The notes beneath the pieces are model-generated. The model saw only the letters and a list, made by a program, of their open reading frames with translations, did not search any database and was not told the DNA's origin. From assembly GCF_902652985.1 (NCBI RefSeq), contig NC_047020.1:10168001-10232000 (forward strand): a stretch of 64,000 nucleotides of DNA, written 5' to 3'. The translations under genes and the position numbers were made by a program. This document shows, piece by piece, positions 52,601-64,000 of this stretch. The DNA comes from Pecten maximus (taxonomy: Eukaryota). How positions within the stretch are numbered: position 1 is the first letter of the stretch; the number at the start of each line of letters is the position of its first letter.

Positions 52601-55600
52601 CGATTCCGATTTTCCTCGGTCGCAACTAGGTCGTAACTTGGTCGTAGGTCCGGTGTGACTGGGGCTTAAGACTTCGACTTTAAAACACTGTTTGGATTGC
52701 AACATCATAGTGTATTTTACTTAAAGATAGCCAACGTATCTCGTTAAGACCAGTCAAATTTGACCTATTGAACAATGCCAATCTATCAACAATTACTTCC
52801 AATGAGATGATGCATATTTTATCATTTCAAAATTCATATTTCAGCATACGAATTATGGTTCAAACAGATACTCTTTGAATTGGACTCGGTCCGAGATATT
52901 TTTACAGCACCGGTAAGTTTCTTCTTTGAACATGATCAGATAAAACCATAATATAATGCACCCGCACGTTTTTGTAAGTTAAATCATTCAAGACACGTGA
53001 TTAAATGATCTTCTACAAGTCATGGTGTCTAGGCGGAACCCCTACAGTTACATTATTTGTCCATACTTCTGACTTAGGTGACACATGTAAATAGGTACTT
53101 CTATTGTTACAGGTCCTTGATGAGGGTAAAACACGACATATTAACAATCAGCTTGGACGTGTTACACTTATATTTAAGGTAAGGATGTAAGAGAGATCTA
53201 TATAAACTGATACACTTGTTCCGTAACTGTTAGTAGCCTTAAATTGATTAAATATCATATGCTTATGCTACTAATATTTTCCACCTCACTGAACAAAACA
53301 AAAACAAAAACAAAAAAAACTCAGAGAATGGCTGTATATCATCGTTTATGTGCTGTTGTATGAAACATACAAAAGACATCAGATATCTTGATTACGCCAT
53401 GACATTTAAGATATCTCGATTACTTCAATGACAATTAAGATATCTTGATGATGTCATGACATATAAGATATCTTTATTACTCCATGACATATAAGATATC
53501 TCAATGACCTCATGACATATAAGATACCTTAATTACTCCATGACATTTAAGATATCTTAATTACTCCATGACATTTAAGATGTCTTAATTACTCCATGAC
53601 ATTTAAGATGTCTTAATTACTCCGTGACACATAACTATTTTGATTACTCGATGACATTTAAGATATCTGGATTATTCATGACATATAAGATATCATTATT
53701 ACTCCATGACATATAAGATATCTCAATGACCCCATGACATTTAAGATATCTTGATTACTCCATGACATTTAACATATCTTGATGACTCTATGACACATAA
53801 GATATCTTGACTACTCCATGACATATAAGAAGTTTCTAGATAAGATAGCTATAAATGTAAGATAACATGTTCTTTGAGAAATTATCTTAAAGGGGCATTG
53901 GCTTGTATGTCTTTTGTATAAGCTCTGTCGATTGGTAATAAGTAAGCTCTGTCGATTGGTGATACGTAAGCTCTGTCGATTGTTGATAAGTAAGCTCTGT
54001 CGATTTGTGATAAGTAAGCTCTGTCGATTGGTGATAAGTAAGCTCTGTCGATTGGTGATAAGTAAGCTCTGTCGATTGGTGATAAGTAAGCCTTGTCGAT
54101 TGGTGATAAGTAATCTCTGTTGATTGGTGATAAGTAAGTCTTGTCGATTGGTGATAAGTAAGCTCTGTCGATTGGTGATAAGTAAACTCTGTCGATTGGT
54201 GATAAGTAAGCTCTGTCGATTGGTGATAAGTAAGCCTTGTCGATTGGTGATAAGTAAGCCTTGTCGATTGGTGATAAGTAAGCCTTGTCGATTGGTGATA
54301 AGTAAGCCTTGTCGATTGGTGATAAGTAATCTCTGTCGATTGGTGATAAGTAAGCCTTGTCGATTGGTGATAAGTAATCTCTGTTGATTGGTGATAAGTA
54401 AGTCTTGTCGATTGGTGATAAGTAAGCTCTGTCGATTGGTGATAAGTTATCTCTGTCGATTGGTGATAAGTAATCTCTGTCGATTGGTGATAAGTAAGCT
54501 CTGTCGATTGGTGATAAGTAAGCTCTGTCGATTGGTGATAAGTAATCTCTGTTGATTGGTGATAAGTAAGCTCTGTCGATTGGTGATAAGTAAGCCTTGT
54601 CGATTGGTGATAAGTTATCTCTGTCGATTGGTGATAAGTAAGCCTTGTCGATTGGTGATAAGTAAGCTCTGTCGATTGGTGATAAGAAAGCCTTGTCGAT
54701 TGGTGATAAGTAAGCTCTGTCGATTGGTGATAAGTAAGCTCTGTCGATTGGTGATAAGTAAGCCTTGTCGATTGGTGATAAGTAAGCTTTGTCGATTGGT
54801 GATAAGTAATCTCTGTCGATTGGTGATAAGTAAGCTTTGTCGATTGGTGATAAGTAAGCTCTGTCGATTGGTGATAAGTAAGCTTTGTCGATTGGTGATA
54901 AGTAAGCTCTGTCGATTGGTGATAAGTAAGCTCTGTCGCTGGATTTACTGCTAACAGTTTGCCATTGTATTTGGTATTCCCTTCAAATTACCAATTCCAA
55001 ACTTCTCCAAATAGATATCGAATTAAGGAAAATATCCCCTCGATATTCAAAGCCCATTGGGATTTCTCTAACAACGCGTTTGATCCTTTGACCCTTTGAG
55101 TCCTAGAGAGACGAAACAGCTGTTAGATGCAGTTTTGTAGTCATTATATGGCTTGATATACATCTATTACTTAATTCATAACTTCTGTAACCTTTATAAT
55201 TTTGTAACCTTTATACTTCTGTAACCTTTATACTTCTGTAACCTTTATAATATTGTAACCTTTATACTTCTGTAACCTTTACACTTCTGTAACCTTTATA
55301 CTTCTGTAACCTTTATACTTGTGTAACCTTTATACTTCTGTAACCTTTATACTTGTGTAACCTTTATACTTCTGTAACCTTTATACTTGTGTAACCTTTA
55401 TACTTCTGTAACCTTTATACTTCTGTAACCTTTATACTGCTGTAACCTTTATACTTGTGTAACCTTTATACTGCTGTAACCTTTATACTTGTGTAACCTT
55501 TATACTTCTGTAACCTTTATACTTCTGTAACCTTTATACTTTTGTTTCCTTTGTACTTTTGTTTCCTTTGTACTTTTGTTTCCTTTGTACTTTTGTACCG

Positions 55601-58600
55601 AATATATACGTTGATATTGGTATCTCTCATACGCTAATTTTGTGATAGTCAGGTTTTTATGATCTTTAGATATTTATCATGTAAACAAATATTGTATATA
55701 TTATAAAAAAAATAAATAAAATATAGGATATATACTAAAATTGTATGATCTTTTAGATGTTTATTATGCATATAATTTTTTTATATATATTATGAATAAA
55801 TTAAATGTCCTATAAACACAGTATATATCCTCCACATGTGTGATCTAATATCTACATATGTATTATACAAAAATATATATTGTATATATTATAAAGGAAT
55901 AAAATGTCTTATAAAACATAGTATACTCCCTAAACATGTAGAATATCTAAATATTGTATCGTATTGAACACAGGCTGGACTATGTTTAATTGTAAAACAA
56001 TATTGTCCATATCATCAATACACTGTGATAGAAACAGGAAACCCAATCGATTTTCCTTTATGTTGTTCCTTAAAAGATCCCCGACCATCACCATGCATTG
56101 CTACATGTATACATCTTAGGATAACGACGTCCTTTTATACAGTTTAACGATTTCCTCGTTATGTTCCAACCTTTATCACATGCAATGAATAATCAAATGG
56201 GGCAAAATCATTGATGTACAAATCATTTTCATTGTTTCGTTTTGAAGTAACTTAATTGTATAACGATATTTTCTTACCTTCCTTACTGTTTTTTTTTTAC
56301 ACTCAGCTCTTGGTTGACCAGTTCCTCATCCTTGAGACCATGACCCCACTCGACTTTCTAGAATTTCGGTAAGTTTACTGAGAGAGCAATGTTACCTACT
56401 TCTCTGGTTTACCCTTGATCATGTTATGACTAAGATTTCCAGCTGCTATTGGAACGATTTAAGAGCATGGAACTAATTTTAAAGGAAGGAATACCTATCT
56501 GTATTTTGAGTTGAATTTTACGTGGATTCCATCCGTGGTCCCTCACTTCATGTACTTTAGACCATCGGTTCTCTCATCGTTACAGATGATGTGCATACTG
56601 TTTTAAATTGGTCACATTTGCTATCTTTTAACTTTATAAAAATGAGGTCATCCTAAAGCCTCACCTGTAGGTATCGAGATCCTTTCTGTGTTCACAGCCT
56701 AGTATGCCAAACTACACTGGACACCCTTCTATAATGTACGTTAAACTCCTATGATGAGCTGTGATTCATTACATCATATTCACGTCTCCTTTTAAGGACC
56801 TGTGATTCATTGCTTTATATTCACGTCTCCGTTTAAGGACCTGTGATTCATTACTTTATATTCACGTTTCCTTATGATGAGCCGTGATTCATTACTTTAT
56901 TCTTTCACATCTCCTTATGATGAACTGTGATTCATTACTTTATATTCACGTTTCCTTATGATGAGAGCTGTGATTCATTACTTTATATTCACGTTTCCTT
57001 ATGATGAGCTGTGATTCATTACTTTATATTCACGTTTCCTTATGATGAATTGTGATTCATTACTTTATCTTCAAGTCTCCTTATGATGATTTTTGATTCA
57101 CGTTTCCTTATGATGAACTGTGATTCATTACTTTATCTTCACATCTCCTTATGAGGACCTGTGATTCATTACTGTATATTCACGTCTCCTTGTGAGGATC
57201 TATGATTCATTACTTTATATTCACGTCTCCTTGTGATGAGCTGTGATTCGTTACTTTATCTTCACATCTCCTTATGAGGACCTGTGATTCATTACTGTAT
57301 ATTCACGTCTCCTTGTGAGGATCTATGATTCATTACTTTATATTCACGTCTCCTTGTGATGAGCTGTGATTCATTACTTTATATTCACGTCTCCTTATGG
57401 GGACCTGTGATTCATTACTTTATATTCACGTCTCCGCTGTCGATAGCGACTCTGCCATACTTTAAAGTTGGCCGTGGTCACAAATTCTCTATGATAATAC
57501 AAGCATTATTTTGCGTTGTGACTTATATATCAGTAACTGTGTAAAATCTGGTACAGAATATGACGGCTCATTGGGACACGATCACTATATAGTGTTTAGA
57601 AGCACATATGCTACCAATACACGTGTGTGATTTTGTTTCCGGGGTATATTATTTTTTAAGGGTCACAATGTACAAAGGTAAGCTGTAATTGTGCGTTCTG
57701 CGGGTAAACAAATTCCATGGTGTGTAAACAACATACCGTGTTATTTTCCATGCGTCCTTGGCCTAACAATTAGTATTCAATGTACTGTCTACTGTCAAAC
57801 AGAACTGACCTACGTAACATGATAGGGACTTATTCTGGGCCCCTAATATGTCATCAGAATATAGAACGATGTAAGACATTTAGTACACATATATCACAGC
57901 ATCTGTTGTAAATATAATTCCCCGAAAAGGGACACTTGATTAAATTATTTTTAGCACATGACTAACGTTAATGCTACGCATTATAAAAAAATAACAATGT
58001 ACCTGTCGTCCAGGTATTTGTAGGTAAGATTAGAAATGAAAGTTATTTTAGAGTACATGATCTGTATTGTCGTTTTCTTTACCTAACAGAGTTAAATACA
58101 CATAGCCGTATTAAGATCAAGCCTTGTCTATCGCTTAATCTGTTGACTTTAATGAAAATTATGAACAATATTACTTTCAAACAAACCAAGTAACATGGTA
58201 GGAGTTGTATTTCGTGTTTTTTTTCTCGCAGTAAAAGTAAAAACAGCGGAGTCACACTGTTCACGTACTGTCAATGCTAAGTCATCGCCCAAATTCTAAC
58301 TGATAAAGGTCAGACATGTAGGAAAGCTACATCCACAAAACGACACATTGTAGAATGTTTGTCATTTAGAAAGGAAGGAAAATGCTCACAGAATGTAAAT
58401 AAACCCAAACAAGCTTAAATATCAAAACTTTGAATGGGAAATATCAATAGGGTGTGTGTGTTAGAAGGTATCACCAGCTGTAGGATTGACATATTTATTA
58501 TTTTGTACTTTATCTATTATTCACTTGATATGTAAAGCTGCTTGTGATTTGTATATAGAGTCCTTTGAATACGAACTAGATAAAAAAAAATGGGACGTCA

Positions 58601-59940
58601 TGAAAAATGTATGACATTTAGTTAAAATCTAAATATTCCTGAGGTGGCATATGTAGTGTTGTCTATGGTCTACATTAGGTAGTTTTGTTTTCCGATTGCA
58701 GGACAAGTAATAGGCCGAACTTATTTCATTTTTAACAAAGAACAACAATCTTAATTAAGATCAATGACACGGAATTAAAATTGAGATTCGTGTAATACGA
58801 AAAACATTGATTTTGAATAGATACTTAAATATGGTTAGAACAGAAATATTATGAGGAAAAGGAACGAGAACAAACAAGCTGCTTATCGTTAGAAGATGTA
58901 GGTGATCACATGTATGTAAGGTCAATTATGAAATGTACTGGTGTTATGGAAAACAATGAGATCATGTTGTCAGCTAATGTAATTCCACGTAATGAGACGG
59001 TCAATTTATGTTAACACCTCAGATAGGAATCGAACTTGAGACCCTTTACTCAACTGATCGACCTAAAGAAAAGTTTGTCGAACAAGTATCGCAGTTAGTA
59101 GATTAATTTGCGTCATGCTGTGGTAGTTGTATCTATTATAATGTCAATAATATTTGATGTCAGAGTATTGTGCACGTGATATAGCATTGATAATGTATGG
59201 GTTTTTTTCAGAACACACCTTGCCACTGCATCTGGGTTCCAAAGTCTTCAATTCCGCTTAATTGAAAATAAACTTGGTCTTAAAGAGGTAAGCGTGATAT
59301 TTTGTATTAGAGCAGGTGTTTTGTTCACACCTAAGTAGCCAAACAAAATCAGCCATTCTTTTCATGAGGAATGGGGACGATTTGTTCATTTTCAGGTCAG
59401 TTGGTAGCAAATTTTGGAAAATTATTTGTGTTGACGGGTTGATTAATGTCGTACAAATGTTTTTTTTCTATTTTGTGATACCCCGGGAAGTAGAACGTAA
59501 AGGTTTGTTGTGAAATTTTGTGACTGATAGGTTTCAAAAAAATACATCCAACGCATTAAGCCTCATAGATTATTCTGTTTGATATAGTGGGAATCTACAC
59601 TGATACCATTTACACCATATAAACCTATGAATATTTCATGTCATACGACAGTAAATGGTGATATCCATGACACAGGGAATCCTGTTTAATATATATACAG
59701 ATGTATGTGTGATATTAAATGTTTACATCCTCTCTGGAAAGTCGTGTTATATAACTGACACATAGAGTAGGAAACCCGTGTTATCTAATTGACACGTAGA
59801 TTAATTATGTTTAATTCTGTCTGTAGGAAAGTCGTATTAAGTACAACCAGCAGCATTACATGAAGGTATTCAATGACCCTGAGAACATAGAGAAGTTACA
59901 GGACTCCGTCTCCAGTCCCTCTCTACTAACACTGGTCGAG
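49630..59940 (+). CDS. TDO2: Tryptophan 2,3-dioxygenase, 5' part; exons 49630-49686, 51061-51151, 52845-52912, 53113-53178, 56307-56368, 59212-59287, 59827-59940; continues beyond window end
   Basis: Spliced translation [178 protein letters not shown]; all junctions GT-AG with matching phases. Confidence 0.96.
49700..50510. repeat. GC-rich intronic repeat with nested 14-bp (ACGGAGAGTGGTAC) and ~60-90-bp units
   Basis: Directly visible; source of the repetitive minus-strand ORFs. Confidence 0.75.
51710..52666. mobile_element. PIF/Harbinger-type MITE, CpG-rich, in a TDO2 intron
   Basis: Imperfect TIR AGC...AGTCACACC(A/G)GA, TAA TSD at 51707-51709 and 52667-52669. Confidence 0.75.
53380..53830. 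repeat. ~28-bp degenerate minisatellite
   Basis: CCATGACATTTAAGATATCTTAATTACT, about 16 copies. Confidence 0.9.
53918..54940. repeat. 24-bp minisatellite, ~43 copies
   Basis: AGTAAGCTCTGTCGATTGGTGATA. Confidence 0.95.
55180..55598. repeat. 17-bp minisatellite
   Basis: ACTTCTGTAACCTTTAT, about 21 copies, then about 3 variant copies ACTTTTGTTTCCTTTGT. Confidence 0.95.
56745..57435. repeat. 41-bp minisatellite, ~17 copies
   Basis: CCTTATGATGAGCTGTGATTCATTACTTTATATTCACGTCT. Confidence 0.9.
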
Positions 59941-62900
59941 GTAGGTATACCACATCCCGTGGTAGTGTCAGTCCCTCTCTACTAACACTGGTCGAGGTAG
60001 ATATACCACATCCCGTGGTAGTGTCAGTCCCTCTCTACTAACACTGGTCGAGGTAGGTATACCACATCCCGTGGTAGTGTCAGTCCCTCTCTACTAACAT
60101 TGGTCGAGGTAGGTATACCACATCCCGTGGTAGTGTCAGTCCCTCTCTACTAACACTGGTCGAGGTAGGTATACCACATCCCGTGGTAGTGTCAGTCCCT
60201 CTCTACTAACACTGGTCGAGGTAGGTATACCACATCCCGTGGTAGTGTCAGTCCCTCTCTACTAACACTGGTCGAGGTAGGTATACCACATCCCGTGGTA
60301 GTGTCAGTCCCTCTCTACTAACACTGGTCGAGGTAGGTATACCACATCCCGTGGTAGTGTCAGTCCCTCTCTACTAACACTGGTCGAGGTAGGTATACCA
60401 CATCCCGTGGTAGTGTCAGTCCCTCTCTACTAACACTGGTCGAGGTAGGTATACCACATCCCGTGGTAGTGTCAGTCCCTCTCTACTAACACTGGTCGAG
60501 GTAGGTATACCACATCCCGTGGTAGTGTCAGTCCCTCTCTACTAGCACTGGTCGAGGTAGGTATACCACATCCCGTGGTAGTGTCAGTCCCTCTCTACTA
60601 ACACTGGTCGAGGTAGGTATACCAAATCCCGTGGTAGTGTCAGTCCCTCTCTACTAACACTGGTCGAGGTAGGTATACCACATGTCGTGGTAGTGTCAGT
60701 CACTCTCTACTAACACTGGTCGAGGTAGGTATACCACATCCCGTGGTAGTGTCAGTCCCTCTCTACTAACACTGGTCGAGGTAGGTATACCACATCCCGT
60801 GGTAGTGTCAGTCACTCTCTACTAACACTGGTCGAGGTAGGTATACCACATGTCGTGGTAGTGTCAGCCCCTCTCTACTAACACTGGTCGAGGTAGGTAT
60901 ACCACATGTCGTGGTAGTGTCAGTCCCTCTCTACTAACACTGGTCGAGGTAGGTATACCACATGTCGTGGTAGTGTCAGTCCCTCTCTACTAACACTGGT
61001 CGAGGTAGGTATACCACATCCCGTGGTAGTGTCAGTCCCTCTCTACTAACACTGGTCGAGGTAGGTATACCACATGTCGTGGTAGTGTCAGTCCCTCTCT
61101 ACTAACACTGGTCGAGGTAGGTATACCACATGTCGTGGTAGTGTCAGTCCCTCTCTACTAACACTGCGAGTAGGTATACCACATCCCGTGGTAGTGTCAG
61201 TCCCTCTACTAACATGTCGAGGTAGATATACCACATGTCGTGTAGGTCAGTCCTCTCTACTAAAACGGTCGAGTAGTAACCACAGTCGGTATGTCGAGCC
61301 CTTTACTCACTGTCGAGTAGTAACAAGTGTTTGTCTTAAACAACTGCAGTGTAGTATAACATCCGTGGGTAGTTGTCCTCTCTACTAAATGTCAGTAGTA
61401 AAATGGGTAGTGTATTTACAACATGGTCGAGGTTTGATAATGTCGGGTAGTGTTTCAGTCCCTCTCACTCACTGGTCGAGGAGGTTACAATCCGTTATTA
61501 CTTACTAAACTGGTCTAAGAGGTAATCGTGTATTATTTTGTAGTAGAACCAATGTGTGTAGTGTCACCCCTATAACGTCATGAAACACATCCCATTCTTT
61601 CATAACATGGTGACGTAGGTTCACTCCAGGTAGTTGGTCACAAACTTTGGTAAAATATGGTGGTGTGTCGGGTTCTTACACATGTGGGGTACCACATGTC
61701 TGTGTATTTGTGTCCCCATAACTAAAGGTCGAGTAGTATAAATTTGTGGTAGTAGTTTCATAACACGCAAGGCTAGGTATACCACATGTTGGTTAGTGGC
61801 CTCTACCACTGGTCGAGTATTACACAATACCGTGTAGTGTCAGTTCATAACACTGTCAGGTGGTATACCACACCGGGATCCCTTCTACTAACAGGTGATG
61901 TGGTATAAATGTTGTACATCCTCTCTAAAGGTCGGTGGTTAACTATAGCCCTTACACTTAGGTAGGAACACCGTGTTGTCTCCTTCACTAAATTAGTAGG
62001 TACCACATCCCGTGGTAGTGTCAGTCCCTCTCTACTAACACTGGTCGAGGTAGGTATACCACATCCGTGGTAGTGTCAGTCCCCTCTCTACTAACACTGG
62101 TCGAGGTAGGTATACCACATGTCGTGGTAGTGTCAGTCCCTCTCTACTAACACTGGTCGAGGTAGGTATACCACATATCGGTGGTAGTGTCAGTCCCCTC
62201 TCTACTAACACTGGTCGAGGTAGGTATACCACATCCCGTGGTAGTGTCAGTCCCTCTCTACTAACACTGGTCGAGGTAGGTATACCACATGTCGTGGTAG
62301 TGTCAGTCCCTCTCTACTAACACTGGTCGAGGTAGGTATACCACATCCCGTGGTAGTGTCAGTCCCTCTCTACTAACACTGGTCGAGGTAGGTATACCAC
62401 ATCCCGTGGTAGTGTCAGTCCCTCTCTACTAACACTGGTCGAGGTAGGTATACCACATCCCGTGGTAGTGTCAGTCCCTCTCTACTAACACTGGTCGAGG
62501 TAGGTATACCACATCCCGTGGTAGTGTCAGTCCCTCTCTACTAACACTGGTCGAGGTAGGTATACCACATCCCGTGGTAGTGTCAGTCCCTCTCTACTAA
62601 CACTGGTCGAGGTAGGTATACCACATCCCGTGGTAGTGTCAGTCCCTCTCTACTAGCACTGGTCGAGGTAGGTATACCACATCCCGTGGTAGTGTCAGCC
62701 CCTCTCTACTAACACTGGTCGAGGTAGGTATACCACATGTCGTGGTAGTGTCAGTCCCTCTCTACTTACACTGGTCGAGGTAGGTATACCACATCCCGTG
62801 GTAGTGTCAGTCCCTCTCTACTAACACTGGTCGAGGTAGGTATACCACATGTCGTGGTAGTGTCAGTCCCTCTCTACTAACACTGGTCGAGGTAGGTATA

Positions 62901-64000
62901 CCACATATGGTGGTAGTGTCAGTCCCTCTCTACTAACATTGGTCGAGGTAGGTATACCACATGTCGTGGTAGTGTCAGTCCCTCTCTACTTACACTGGTC
63001 GAGGTAGGTATACCACATCCCGTGGTAGTGTCAGTCCCTCTCTACTAACACTGGTCGAGGTAAGTATACCACATGTCGTGGTAGTGTCAGTCCCTCTCTA
63101 CTAACATTGGTCGAGGTAGGTATACCACATTCCGTGGTAGTGTCAGTCCCTCTCTACTAACACTGGTCGAGGTAGGTATACCACATGTCGTGGTAGTGTC
63201 AGTCCCTCTCTACTAACACTGGTCGAGGTAGATATACCACATCCCGTGGTAGTGTCAGTCCCTCTCTACTAACACTGGTCGAGGTAGGTATACCACATCC
63301 CGTGGTAGTGTCAGTCCCTCTCTACTAACACTGGTCGAGGTAAGTATACCACATGTCGTGGTAGTGTCAGTCCCTCTCTACTAACACTGGTCGAGGTAGG
63401 TATACCACATCCCGTGGTAGTGTCAGTCCCTCTCTACTAACACTGGTCGAGGTAGGTATACCACATCCCGTGGTAGTGTCAGTCCCTCTCTACTAACACT
63501 GGTCGAGGTAAGTATACCACATGTCGTGGTAGTGTCAGTCCCTCTCTACTAACACTGGTCGAGGTAAGTATACCACATGTCGTGGTAGTGTCAGTCCCTC
63601 TCTACTAACACTGGTCGAGGTAGGTATACCACATCCCGTGGTAGTGTCAGTCCCTCTCTACTAACACTGGTCGAGGTAGGTATACCACATGTCGTGGTAG
63701 TGTCAGTCCCTCTCTACTAACACTGGTCGAGGTAGGTATACCACATCCCGTGGTAGTGTCAGTCCCTCTCTACTAACACTGGTCGAGGTAAGTATACCAC
63801 ATGTCGTGGTAGTGTCAGTCCCTCTCTACTAACACTGGTCGAGGTAGGTATACCACATTCCGTGGTAGTGTCAGTCCCTCTCTACTAACAATGGTCGAGG
63901 TAGGTATACCACATCCCGTGGTAGTGTCAGCCCCTCTCTACTAACACTGGTCGAGGTAGGTATACCACATATGGTGGTAGTGTCAGTCCCTCTCTACTAA
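59913..64000 (+). repeat. 56-bp tandem array (~70 units, runs off window) of the TDO2 exon-7 donor junction
   Basis: Unit = 28 exonic nt CAGTCCCTCTCTACTAACACTGGTCGAG + 28 intronic nt GTAGGTATACCACATCCCGTGGTAGTGT; the first copy is the real exon end at 59940. Confidence 0.97.

Noticed and set aside
49511-54954. Cys-rich repetitive ORFs (YHSPCT..., CRLVISKL...)
   Set aside because: Translations of intronic repeats and a MITE within TDO2; no splice or homology support.
59913-64000. CRISPR array interpretation of this and the other regular repeats
   Set aside because: Units are head-to-tail with no unique spacers, there are no cas genes, and the context is eukaryotic.

Overview
AT-rich, intron-containing animal genomic DNA; the repeat families (V-type SINE, Helentron-derived HINEs with internal satellites, RTEX-like LINEs) suggest a bivalve mollusc (inference). 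Four conserved spliced genes were reconstructed by hand from GT-AG junctions: AASDH (-, 5' part, with a tandem partial duplication of its first exons), ANAPC10 (+, complete, 185 aa), MAT2B (-, complete, 300 aa) and TDO2 (+, first 7 coding exons, all too short for the ORF track). There is also an ankyrin/SOCS-box gene with one frameshift. Mobile elements: a long-TIR Mutator element with Ulp1-protease and PHD domains between the head-to-head AASDH and ANAPC10 5' ends, a TTAA-flanked Kolobok-like DDE/SWIM element, several MITEs/HINEs/SINEs and two LINE fragments, one with a 76-bp target-site duplication. The most striking pattern: in all four spliced genes a real exon-intron junction has been tandemly amplified into the intron (about 3, 8-10, 16 and 70 copies), producing arrays of decoy splice sites whose units run GT...AG; the TDO2 unit also carries a perfect TACTAAC branch-point motif. 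All coordinates were counted by eye and may be off by a few bases.
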